DNA of 64,000 bases from an uncultured Acidobacteriota bacterium (GTDB lineage Bacteria; Acidobacteriota; Thermoanaerobaculia; Multivoradales; UBA5704). Location: contig OY969474.1 in the NCBI GenBank assembly GCA_963700145.1, positions 2,016,001 through 2,080,000 of the forward strand. Reading direction: 5' to 3'. The notes under the pieces were generated by a model that did no database searches, had not been told where the DNA came from, and saw only the letters and a program-made list of their open reading frames with translations. This document shows, in pieces, positions 10,901 to 18,591 of the stretch. Position 1 is the stretch's first letter, and every line of letters starts with the position of its first letter. Position numbers and translations under genes: made by a program.

Positions 10901-12162
10901 GTGGCGAAGCCGCCGTCGCCGGTGGTGTAGGCGCGGCCGGCGGCGGTGGGATGGAAGACGACCTCGCGGTGGTCGGAGTGCACCACCGCCGACCCCGGGC
11001 CCGGCGCCGGGTTGGCGTCGGAGGAGCTGAAATTCCCGCCGCCGTCGATCGAGCGCCAGAGCGCGATGCCGCCCATGAGGAGCGTGTCCTCGTCGGCGGG
11101 ATCGACCGCCAGCGCCTGGGTGTAGCGGCTGTAGCCGGGGTTGACGCCGGCGCCGTGGCCCGGGTTGCCGGCGCGCTTCTCGGTCCAGCTGTTGCCGCCG
11201 TTCTGGGAGCGCCAGACCGCGCGGTCGCAGTTCTGGAGCAGCCGGTCGGCGCAGCGGCCGAAGGTGGCGTAGACGACCTGCGGGCTGCCCGGGGAGATGG
11301 CGATCTCGACGTGGTCGAAGGTGAGGACGCCGATGTCGGGCAGGTCCTGGTTGGGGCAGCCCGGCGGCTTCGGGATGCCGTCGTTGAGCGGGCACCAGGA
11401 GTCGCCGCCGTCGTCGGAGCGGAAGACGCCGCGGCCGAGGAAGCCGGCGAAGAGGACCTCGTTGTCGTCCGGGTGCATCTCGAGGTCGGTCGGCTTGAAG
11501 CCGTCGGCGCCGGCGACGTCGAGCCTCACCCAGTTGAGGCCGCGGTCGTCGGTGCGGTAGATGCCGTAGCCGCCGGAGGGGGCGGGCGCGGTGACCGTGG
11601 ACTCCGGCGCGCCCACCGTGACGCCGCTCGAGAGGGTGACGAAGACCCGCTTGCTGCCGCCCGAGGTCGTGGGGTCGAGCACGACGTCGTTGATCGAGCC
11701 CGGGCGGAGCTCGAAAGGGTTGCCGGTCAACGGCGTCCAGCCGAACTGCGGAAACTCGCCGCCCGAGATGCCGCCGACCAGGAGCCCGGCGCCGTGGTAG
11801 GTGTCGCGGCGGACGGCGTTCTCGCCGGTGCCGGCCCAGATCGCGGCGCAGCCGTCGGCGGTGCAGTCCTCGAGGGCGATGGCGCCGATGGCGAGCGCGT
11901 CCTCGCGGTCGGACTCGGGCTCCCAGTTGGCGCCGCCGTCGAGGGAGTGCCAGACGCCGCCGGCCGCGGTGCCGAGCCAGATGTCGTCGGCGTTCTCCGG
12001 GTTGACGGCGATCGCCGAGGCGCGGCCGGACACGCCGCCGGCGAAGAAGCCGTCGATCGGGGCGGGGCCGAGGGGAAACCAGGTGTCGCCCTCGATCGCG
12101 GCGAAAGCCGGCACGGCGGCCGCGACGAGCAGGGCGAGGGATGCGGCGGCAGCGGGTCGCAT
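7960..12162 (-). CDS. Large secreted BNR/Asp-box beta-propeller protein with PKD-like domain and C-terminal small OM beta-barrel
   Basis: Signal peptide; many SxDGGxxW repeats; LDATGSADPD...LRVTDQGGL PKD-like segment; last ~140 aa amphipathic strands ending LGVLFR. Confidence 0.85.
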   Translation of the reverse strand: MRPAAAASLALLVAAAVPAFAAIEGDTWFPLGPAPIDGFFAGGVSGRASAIAVNPENADDIWLGTAAGGVWHSLDGGANWEPESDREDALAIGAIALEDCTADGCAAIWAGTGENAVRRDTYHGAGLLVGGISGGEFPQFGWTPLTGNPFELRPGSINDVVLDPTTSGGSKRVFVTLSSGVTVGAPESTVTAPAPSGGYGIYRTDDRGLNWVRLDVAGADGFKPTDLEMHPDDNEVLFAGFLGRGVFRSDDGGDSWCPLNDGIPKPPGCPNQDLPDIGVLTFDHVEIAISPGSPQVVYATFGRCADRLLQNCDRAVWRSQNGGNSWTEKRAGNPGHGAGVNPGYSRYTQALAVDPADEDTLLMGGIALWRSIDGGGNFSSSDANPAPGPGSAVVHSDHREVVFHPTAAGRAYTTGDGGFATSTNSGATWTPRNDDLQITGFHGLGSSPLTTMVVGTSQDNGGQTWNGSRRWTHRPCCGDAGYSFLDFDDVLTVYAASNYGSLRRSLDGGEDWDIINSGIAASDPRLFYAPFVQDPSADGTGEHPLYFGANRLYRSANNGSSWTVVSPVLATGPSTEIVTADSAVNHIAAGTGQNAISAIAVAPSDPDRVYVGYYGGEIFRTQLSPTAGDDWPRIDTAELPNVPVTRIAVHPTEPDTAYATFSGFGAHARLWKTTDGGGDWDPVVTGLPPGIPANTVSIEPSVPERVYLGLDSGPDGASLYRSLDGGASWDPFAQGLPNAPVYEISIDETHGRIYAATHGRGAFALGEPFITNFEGWVNDSIWDIPVYGQNFLPDQGPCTMRILQSNGDVCAEDTVDVMGGTIRTDGDGVLETSLVDFWSGKKVVWACFNGDCLGETPIEECYDDADGDGDNDPLSTITVLCGPQLAVGKVVGCPPLDNPPSSIVELDLADFEGSGGGGGMELPGGAGEAAGVLHLAASVQRRLGTESLCAVAVPFARGESDVEILARARDAVAASPTCAANNVRATLDPGFAGAEEDEFARRPRLRLDAPGVVGGQLITVLHTDPGAATGACLRLGGLGVQAFNQIQVLKIDFETPLAGAAGGETVRVVEHTPIGTCAITLPTAPGQSGADLAAAFVAAVQAPGIPGPHPDCPADRNPRDITNHGGSLISVYASFLELCSSDPQVGFDVRSEELANVHPIAEAGGDRVVPGGAPIPLDATGSADPDSTPGTRDGIATYEWFDVTAGPPVLLGAGETLGVPLAAGLHRVRLRVTDQGGLADTDEALVSVDGGAAAGGRWLASFHVGSTHPLRDLDPPADANIHVRADLSYALTDRLRLVLFGGLSQLTAETAAAIEHPRFVNLSLNAQVLFPLPSGTDFYLQAGPGIYRPKSGGSDAGFNLGLGFQLPIKAPYRLELGADYHRVPDADADFLTLQLGVLFR

Positions 12163-12256
12163 GGGAGCCTCCTGACACCCTTTGGGCGCAGCAGGCGCTT
12201 GGGCCGTTACCTTCTGAACTGCTTTCCCGCCCGAGCGGCAGGGTGAGGGCCGCCGT

Positions 12257-14206
12257 TCAGGTCTGGGAGCAAATGCAGCGCCGGCAGCAGGAGTTGACCT
12301 GGACGCACTGGCCCGGGCCGCCGCAGAACACGGTGCACTGGCTGTCGCTCGAGCAGCGGTTGCCGCAGCAGGCCATCTCCAGCCACTCCGGCGTGCTGTC
12401 GCGCACGGCCGGCGCGGCGGCCGCGCCGCAGGTCGGGCCGGCGGCCGGGGCCGGCGGCACTTGGAGGACGACCGGGTCCGCGGCCGGCGCGGGAAGGGGC
12501 GCCTCGTATTCGTACTTCGAGACCGGCGCCGCCATGACGTCCTCCAGGGAGCGCTTCGTCACGAGCTCCGCGGCCGCGCGCCTCAGCTCCTCCCGGAGGG
12601 CGGGCGAAGGAGTGCCGAGGACCTTGAAGCCTCGATCGACGGGCGCTCCGGTCTCGCGGTCGAAGACGATCGTCGCCAGCGCGAACCCCTGGGGAAGCCG
12701 CTCGCGGCGCGGATCGAGCTCGAGGACCCTGAAGCGCGCTTCCTTGCCGCGCACGGCCGTGACCACCTCGCGCGACAGGAGCCGCGGGCGCGCGTCGAGC
12801 CCGAACAGCCAGTTCGAGACGACGACTTCGCGGCGGTCTACCCCCCAGACCGGCCAGTCGAACCAGATGTCCGCGAGAACGACGTCGCAATGGAGCGGTT
12901 TCAGACTGACGAGCTTCTCGCCGGTGGTCACTCGCCAGAGCTCGCGCCCGTGGGCTTCGTCCTTGGCGTAGAAGTAGAGAGAGTCGCCCACCTCCACCGC
13001 GTACGTCGGGAACGAGCCGGGATAGACCGCCGCGTCGTCGGGCATGATGTTTTGCAGCAGGGCGACGGTCGCGCCATCGAACGTGTACGGCTCGCGCCCC
13101 ATGTCGTCCTCGTAGAAGCCCGTCAGGTAGAGCTGGTCGGCGCTGGAGAACAGGGTCATCCCTCGGGGGTAGAACGGGAGACCTCCCGGCCCGACGTCGA
13201 GTGGGTGCACCGCGGTGCCGTCGAAGCGGAAGAGATGGACGCCGGAACCGAAGTAGAGCTCCTCGCGGTAGGTCTGAAAGTCCTGGGGCTGACTCCCCGA
13301 CCAGGCATCGCCGAGCGTCGCCACCTTGACCGGTGCGCCTTGACCGGTGTAGCGCCACAGCTCGTCCTTCCTCTCCAACGAGGGACCCGTGACAACGCCG
13401 AAAAACAACGCGCCCTCATGGACGCCCAGGTGGAAATCGTAGGAGGTGAGGTGTTCTTTTCCCTCGGCCAACGCCTTGATCTTTTTCGCGACGCTCCCGT
13501 CGTAGGCCCATAGCTGGTAGTTCTCGGGTGGCCCAGCCTGCTTCACGAAGTAGAGCCGGTTCTTGAAGACGAGGAACGCGCTCCCTACAAGATCTCTGTC
13601 ATCCACGGAGCCGGGGGCGCCGTTGATGGCGTCGACGGCCTTCGCGGTCACGCCGTCGAACCGCCAGACCTTCTGGCCGCCCTTCGCCCACCGTGTGAAG
13701 TAGAGCGCGCCGTCGTACTCCGTCAGGCCGGCGATCTCGCCCCCCTCTGCCCCCGGCGCGATCTCGACGGCGATCCCGGGCGCAACCCCGTCGTAGCGGT
13801 ACAGCTCCTCGCCGGTGGCGGGCCTCGAGGCCGCGAAGTAGAGCTTGCCCTGGAACTCCGCGAAGCTGTGCGGCCTGGAGCCGGCCGCCCCGGGGGCCAC
13901 GTCGGCCACTCGGGAGGTCTCCGCTCCCTCCGCCCGCCACAGCTCGGCGCCCGTCTGGCCGTCGTCCGCCTGGAAATAGAGCGCGTCTTCGTAGGCGGCC
14001 ATGAGGCCGTTGCGCGCGGAGTAGCCGAACAGCGCGTCGGCCGCGTCGGCCGGGCCCGGGTTGATGTCGCGGACCAGCGCGGTCTGGCCCTTCCAGAACT
14101 CGCCGTAGGTGCAGACGAAGAAGGGACTGGCGACCGCCGGCGACGCAACGGCGGCGACGAGCGCCGTCCAAAGCACGGCCACGAGGAAACCCCTCGTCCA
14201 ACGCAT
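12257..14206 (-). CDS. Secreted ELWxxDGT-repeat-like propeller protein with C-terminal Cys-rich module
   Basis: Signal peptide; GAELWRAEG, GEELYRYDG, HGRELWR repeats; 10-Cys tail. Confidence 0.85.
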   Translation of the reverse strand: MRWTRGFLVAVLWTALVAAVASPAVASPFFVCTYGEFWKGQTALVRDINPGPADAADALFGYSARNGLMAAYEDALYFQADDGQTGAELWRAEGAETSRVADVAPGAAGSRPHSFAEFQGKLYFAASRPATGEELYRYDGVAPGIAVEIAPGAEGGEIAGLTEYDGALYFTRWAKGGQKVWRFDGVTAKAVDAINGAPGSVDDRDLVGSAFLVFKNRLYFVKQAGPPENYQLWAYDGSVAKKIKALAEGKEHLTSYDFHLGVHEGALFFGVVTGPSLERKDELWRYTGQGAPVKVATLGDAWSGSQPQDFQTYREELYFGSGVHLFRFDGTAVHPLDVGPGGLPFYPRGMTLFSSADQLYLTGFYEDDMGREPYTFDGATVALLQNIMPDDAAVYPGSFPTYAVEVGDSLYFYAKDEAHGRELWRVTTGEKLVSLKPLHCDVVLADIWFDWPVWGVDRREVVVSNWLFGLDARPRLLSREVVTAVRGKEARFRVLELDPRRERLPQGFALATIVFDRETGAPVDRGFKVLGTPSPALREELRRAAAELVTKRSLEDVMAAPVSKYEYEAPLPAPAADPVVLQVPPAPAAGPTCGAAAAPAVRDSTPEWLEMACCGNRCSSDSQCTVFCGGPGQCVQVNSCCRRCICSQT

Positions 14207-14275
14207 GACGACCTCCTTTCGCTGTGGGTAAGCGGGAGGAATTGTAGCGCCACTTCGCCGTTAGACTCCGTCCGC

Positions 14276-14779
14276 ATGGCCGACTACGAGGACTGGCTGG
14301 CGCGGTGGATCGCGGAGGACGGCGAGCGGGTCCTCTGGCTGCTCCGGAAGATCGTCGCCGTCTCCGGCATGACGCCCAGGGAGCTCGACGAGCGCATCGG
14401 CTGGGGCTCGGGGTACACGAGCGCGCTGTTCACGCGCCGGATCGAGCTCAGGCAGGAGCACGCCGCGACGATCCTCTTCGGCTTCGGCGTCCATCCGCGC
14501 CACCTCTACGACCTCCTCTACCCGAAGGACCTCCCCGTCGGGCCGGTGGACGCAACGGCCGACTTCGCCCGCCTCATGGCGCGGGCCGGGATCTCTCTCG
14601 AAGACCGCCAGCGCGAGCCGGTTCCAGCGGCGGCCCCCATGACGCCCGCCGAGATCGAAGCGCTGATCGACGACGCCGTCCAGCGCGCCCTCGCCGCCGC
14701 CCCGAGCCAGAAGCAACGCACGAAGTCGCAGCCATCGACTTGGGATGTCCACACGATGCCTACAACACGGTCGTCTTAA
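14276..14779 (+). CDS. XRE-like HTH transcriptional regulator (3' tail probably fused to the following remnant)
   Basis: MADYEDW...SGMTPRELDERIGWGSGYTSALFTRRIELRQEHAATIL; HTH pattern shared with 15194-15622. Confidence 0.75.
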   Translation: MADYEDWLARWIAEDGERVLWLLRKIVAVSGMTPRELDERIGWGSGYTSALFTRRIELRQEHAATILFGFGVHPRHLYDLLYPKDLPVGPVDATADFARLMARAGISLEDRQREPVPAAAPMTPAEIEALIDDAVQRALAAAPSQKQRTKSQPSTWDVHTMPTTRSS

Positions 14780-15174
14780 GCCTTCCGTACTTCGTGGAGT
14801 GCCCCGATTCGACCCTTTTCCTGCGCTGGACCTGGCAGTGGGGGAAAGCCGACCGGGATCGCGGTCAGCTCTTCTCGGCCGAGGAGTTGCTGACTCGGGC
14901 TCGCGAGGGCTTAGAGCTCGAAGAGTTGGCCGAACTAACCGGCGAAGTCTGTCTCGACCTCGCGATGCTCTATGCCCGCCAGGGCCGCCGGGGGGAGTTC
15001 CTGCGCGCGATCGCCGAGGCGATCGCGATCTTCCGCTCCCTCGGCGCCAGGCGCGAGTACCTCGCCGCGATCGCCCAGCTCGACGCGCTGGCGCAGCACG
15101 AAGAAGCCGCTGTCGCCGTGCTCCGCCAGCTCGTCCTCGAGTGCCGCGGCGGCGTGCCCCGCGCCGAGTCTTAA
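14720..15174 (+). pseudogene. C-terminal remnant of a TPR-like helical-repeat protein
   Basis: AAIDLGCPHDAY...LRWTWQWGKADRDRGQLFSAEELLTRAREGL...LDLAMLYARQGR...AIAIFRSLG; no convincing start or RBS; overlaps the HTH gene tail in another frame. Confidence 0.55.
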
Positions 15175-15193
15175 GTTTCCTTAGAGCCCAGCC

Positions 15194-15622
15194 TCAAAGC
15201 GGCGACTCGGCGAGCCGCATCGTCTGCTCCAGCTCCTGGAGCATCCGGTCGGCCTCTTCGGGGGTGAAGACGCCCTTCTCCTTGAGCTTCCAGATCATCT
15301 CGCGCAACAGCGACCGGTGCAGGACGCGCACGGTGGTGCGGAAGGTGTAGTCGTGGTCGGGCGCGGCGTAGAGCGACGCGCGCGGCGGGCCGTAGACCTC
15401 GACGTAGAACTCGATCGGCGGGATGCCGAGAGCCTGGAGAACCGCGGCGACATGCTCGACGCGGAGCTTGAGGGTGCCGCGGAGGACCTGGCGGAGGTAC
15501 TCGCGCCCCATCCCGGCGCGCTGCTCGACCTGCTCGTAGGTCTGGCCGTGCTCGCGGATCTTCCGCTTGAGCGCTTCGGAGATCTTCCGGACGTCCTCCG
15601 CACCGCGGGGCTCAGGAGGCAT
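15194..15622 (-). CDS. XRE-like HTH transcriptional regulator
   Basis: HGQTYEQVEQRAGMGREYLRQVLRGTLKLRVEHVAAVLQALG; extended -10 TGtTACACT 7 nt upstream of ATG. Confidence 0.82.
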   Translation of the reverse strand: MPPEPRGAEDVRKISEALKRKIREHGQTYEQVEQRAGMGREYLRQVLRGTLKLRVEHVAAVLQALGIPPIEFYVEVYGPPRASLYAAPDHDYTFRTTVRVLHRSLLREMIWKLKEKGVFTPEEADRMLQELEQTMRLAESPL

Positions 15623-15680
15623 GCGCCGCAGTGTAACAAGTTGCGCCGAGGGAATTCCACCCTTCCTGACCCAGGTGGGG

Positions 15681-15709
15681 TTGACTTCAATCGATTGAAC
15701 GGGTCAAAT
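15681..15709. promoter_or_regulatory. Perfect 14-bp palindrome TTCAATCGATTGAA flanked by TTGAC/GTCAA, candidate operator between divergent genes
   Basis: 15686-15699 is its own reverse complement; AT-rich in GC-rich DNA; TTGACT at 15681 and GGTCAA at 15702. Confidence 0.6.
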
Positions 15710-15773
15710 ACCCGCCCATGCGGGGTGAAGAGACGCAGAAGCGGTTCGATGACCTACGGTCCCGGGTGGATCG

Positions 15774-16190
15774 ATGGCCCATCTGACCCACTACGACGCT
15801 CTGTTCGTCCTCGCGCCCCTGCCGCGGGCCGAGCGGCGGCAGCTTGCCCACGCCCTCGTCTGCGATTCCTGCCGCGCGGTCCTCCGCGAAGTCCTCGCGG
15901 CGCAGACACCCGCCGCCTCGCCTGAACAGTCCGCCTCCCGCCGCTCCCGCCCTCTCGACTACAGCGCCATGTGGACCGCCCTCGAGAAGAAGCTCGCGGC
16001 CGAAGTGCCGGGGATCTTCCGCGAGCGCGAAGCCGCCCAGCGGGAGCTAACGGCGCTGCTCCGGATGCGGCGCGACCACCGCGCGGCCGTCGTGCGCCCC
16101 TCGGCCACGCCACCTTCTGCCGGCTCCTCTCCGAGCTGCGCCGCGAGCAGGGCCGCACGGAAGAGCCCTCGCCCTGGGCGAACGCGCGCG
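15774..16190 (+). pseudogene. N-terminal remnant of a zinc-finger (HxxxCxxC) helical protein, frameshifted near 16095
   Basis: MAHLTHYD...AHALVCDSCRAVL...DYSAMWTALEKKL...REREAAQRELTALL; protein-like sequence continues only in another frame (HATFCRLLSELRRE); right end approximate. Confidence 0.55.
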
Positions 16191-16276
16191 CGTCCTCTTC
16201 ACCCAAGTCCACAAGCTTGCCGACTCGACTTCGGGCCCGGGCATTCCGCCCGGTCCCGGTTCACAGGAGACCTGAC

Positions 16277-16600
16277 ATGGTCAAGCCCCGAAAAACGCCC
16301 CCGACCCCCGTCACCGAACGCCTCAAAGCCGAGCGCATCCAAGTGCTCGCCGGCACCGTCCCGAAGTGGCAGCTCGACCGGGACCAGACGTCGATCAGCC
16401 GGCTGTTCCAATCCCTCCCGAGCCTGCGGGCGGCGGCCCTCTTCGCCGCCTTCGCCGCCGAGATCGCCGAGTCCCAGGGCCACACGGCCGCCCTCCTCAT
16501 CCGGAAGGGGTCGGTGCTGGTGACGCTGACGACGCCGGCGGCCGACGGGCTCACCGAGAAGGACTTCCAGCTCGCCGCCCGGCTGGAGCTTGCCGCGTGA
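16277..16600 (+). CDS. Pterin-4a-carbinolamine dehydratase (PCD/DCoH)-like protein, catalytic motif degenerate
   Basis: AGGAG RBS; PKWQL...ISRLFQ...AEIAESQGHTA...VTLTTPAADGLTEKDFQLAARLE matches PCD fold pattern; HHP replaced by HTA. Confidence 0.75.
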   Translation: MVKPRKTPPTPVTERLKAERIQVLAGTVPKWQLDRDQTSISRLFQSLPSLRAAALFAAFAAEIAESQGHTAALLIRKGSVLVTLTTPAADGLTEKDFQLAARLELAA

Positions 16601-16680
16601 CGAGCCTGGCAGCCGCCGAAGACCTCTTCGCGTCCTCTCCGGAGGTCGCCGGGAGGCCTCCGGACGTCTTCCTAGTGCCT

Positions 16681-16911
16681 GGGGATGTATCCGGAAGCGC
16701 GGCGGATCTATCCGGAAGCGCGGGGGATGTATCCGGAAGCGTCGCGGATGTATCCGCACCGCTCGGGGATACATCCGGAAGCGCGGCGGATATATCCGGA
16801 CGGCCCGCGGATGTATCCGGAAGGCCCGCGGATCTATCCGGACTCGCCGCGGATGTATCCGGACGTCGCGCGGATCTATCCGGACGTCGCGTTCCCTTAT
16901 CCGGAGCCGTA
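16681..16911. repeat. Tandem array of 11 x 21-bp units, consensus GSGGAT-NN-ATCCGGA-N6
   Basis: Units start at 16681, 16702, 16723, 16744, 16765, 16786, 16807, 16828, 16849, 16870 and 16891 (last one degenerate); each holds the inverted repeat GGAT-NN-ATCC. Confidence 0.95.
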
Positions 16912-16989
16912 CCGACCGTATCTCCCGTCTCTCCGGGAACCCCCCGGAGCCCCGCTCCATCAACCGACCAACTCAAGGAGGTAACCGCT

Positions 16990-17415
16990 GTGGCCGAAAC
17001 ATCGCTAGGAGACAAGCTCAAGAACTGGAGACTGCTGGCGGAGGGTCTCAAGCCCCGCATCGAGGAGGTCCCCTTCCTCAAGGAGGACCACGACGAGCTG
17101 AGCGCCCTCGTCCAGCAGATCGATGCCCTCCTCACCCAGGGCGACATCCACGAAGGCCGGTTCCGCGAGGCGGTCCGCCAACGGGCGATCGCCGAAGAGC
17201 GGATCACCGAGCTCTACGGCCGCATGGTGTTCCGCCTCAAGGGCACCTACGGCAAGCGCGCCAACGTGCTCCACGAGCTCGGGCTGCGGCCCAACGCCCT
17301 GCCCGGCCCCGCGAAGAAGGACGAGACAACCCCGCCGGCGCCGGGCCCTGCGCCCACACCAACCCCCGGTCCGGCTCCGGCCTCGGCTCAGCAGGAGCCG
17401 ACCCGCGAGTCCTGA
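16990..17415 (+). CDS. Hypothetical helical/coiled-coil protein with Pro-rich tail (141 aa)
   Basis: AAGGAG RBS then GTG; AETSLGDKLKNWRLLAEGL...LKGTYGKRANVLHELGLRP; strong high-GC codon bias. Confidence 0.85.
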   Translation: MAETSLGDKLKNWRLLAEGLKPRIEEVPFLKEDHDELSALVQQIDALLTQGDIHEGRFREAVRQRAIAEERITELYGRMVFRLKGTYGKRANVLHELGLRPNALPGPAKKDETTPPAPGPAPTPTPGPAPASAQQEPTRES

Positions 17416-17430
17416 CGGGCGAACACAACG

Positions 17431-17463
17431 GCCGCCGGCGGAGATCTGACCTCCGCTGGCGGC
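17431..17463 (+). terminator. GC-rich hairpin after the coiled-coil gene
   Basis: GCCGCCGGCGGAG-atctgac-CTCCGCTGGCGGC, 13-bp stem with one G.U pair; no U-tract. Confidence 0.45.
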
Positions 17464-17507
17464 GCACCGCCCCTCCACAACACGGCGCGTCGAACGAAAG
17501 GACCTTC

Positions 17508-17780
17508 ATGGAGCCATCGAGCCTTCCAAAGCCCCGTACCTACGTCGCCCTCCAAGCCCGCCTCGAGAACCTGCCAGTGCGCGTCGTCCGCTTCGATGGC
17601 GGCCTCCTCGCTAGCCTTCGGCGGCCGACCGCAACGCCGCGCAACGGCTGGCTCAGCCCGTGCGATTGGGTGCTCGTCCGTTGGCGCGAGCCCGGCCGGC
17701 ACGAGGTCGCCGTCGGCCGCAACTGGCTGACCCCCGCGCCGGACGTGCCGGGCGACGCGCTGACGATTGGTGAGGGCTGA
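17508..17780 (+). CDS. Hypothetical protein (90 aa)
   Basis: AAAGGA RBS; MEPSSLPKPRTYVALQARLENLPVRVVRF...; fills gap in a same-strand run. Confidence 0.55.
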   Translation: MEPSSLPKPRTYVALQARLENLPVRVVRFDGGLLASLRRPTATPRNGWLSPCDWVLVRWREPGRHEVAVGRNWLTPAPDVPGDALTIGEG

Positions 17781-17792
17781 GGAGGTCTCCCC

Positions 17793-18536
17793 ATGGAACG
17801 CACAATCAACTCCGCCCTCCGCCTCCACCGCCTCCTCCTCGCCCTGCGCGGCGCGAGCCGCGAGGGGCGCCCCATCCGCCAGGTCCTCGGCGAAGTCTTC
17901 GAGCTCGACCCCGCCGACGACCTCGCCCTCCGCCGCCGGCTGCTGGCGGTCGACGACCTCTTCGCCGAGTCCGAGGCCGCGATCCGGTCGATCCCGGGCA
18001 TCGACCTGCAGCGCTACCTCCGCTACTTCCCCGCGGCCCGCAAGGCCCTCCTCTCGGCGCGCCTCGACCAGGACTCCCGCCGCTACGCTCCCTTCCAGGA
18101 GGCCCTCGGCGAGGCCGTCTGCCAGTCCGTCGAGTTCTGCGGCGCGCGGATCGGCGAGGAGTTCCCCGAGACCGTCCTGCCGACCGACGACCTGGGCGAG
18201 GTCGAGGCCCGGCTCAACGCGCTCTTCGCCTTCACCGCCAGCGCCGAGCTCGACCCCGCGCTCCGCACCGTCTCGCTCGACATCCTCCAGACCCTCCGCG
18301 CCGCCCTCGCCGACTACCGCATCCACGGCGCCGCCGGGCTCCAGGAGGCCGTCGAGCAGGCGGTGGGCAAGCTCACCGTCCACTACCTCCGCGCGAGAAA
18401 GCAGGGTGCCCGCCTCAACCTCGACCAGCTCGACCGCCTCCTCGACCTGATCTTCAAGTTCGAGGCGCTGCTCGCGAAGGCGACCGTGTACCTGCCGGCC
18501 CTGACCGAGTACCTGCCGAAGCTCCTGGGGGCGTAA
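17793..18536 (+). CDS. Hypothetical all-helical protein (247 aa)
   Basis: GGAGG RBS; strong codon bias; no recognised motif. Confidence 0.8.
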   Translation: MERTINSALRLHRLLLALRGASREGRPIRQVLGEVFELDPADDLALRRRLLAVDDLFAESEAAIRSIPGIDLQRYLRYFPAARKALLSARLDQDSRRYAPFQEALGEAVCQSVEFCGARIGEEFPETVLPTDDLGEVEARLNALFAFTASAELDPALRTVSLDILQTLRAALADYRIHGAAGLQEAVEQAVGKLTVHYLRARKQGARLNLDQLDRLLDLIFKFEALLAKATVYLPALTEYLPKLLGA

Positions 18537-18591
18537 GCGATGGCCGAGCTGCGCTGGCTCCGTGAGCACCGCACCCTGATCGGCATCCTCC

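Noticed and set aside
14773-15175. 8-bp direct repeat GTCTTAAG (14773, 15168) as a target-site duplication around the TPR remnant
   Set aside because: TPR-like sequence starts ~50 nt before the first copy and there are no terminal inverted repeats; probably chance
16681-16911. CRISPR or TIGR-type guide array
   Set aside because: Unit is only 21 bp with 2-nt and 6-nt variable parts that are partly repeated; no cas or Nop-domain gene recognisable in the window
16366-16989. N-terminal 7-aa-repeat extension of the coiled-coil protein
   Set aside because: Overlaps the PCD-like gene, uses atypical codons, and a good RBS+GTG exists at 16990; not fully excluded
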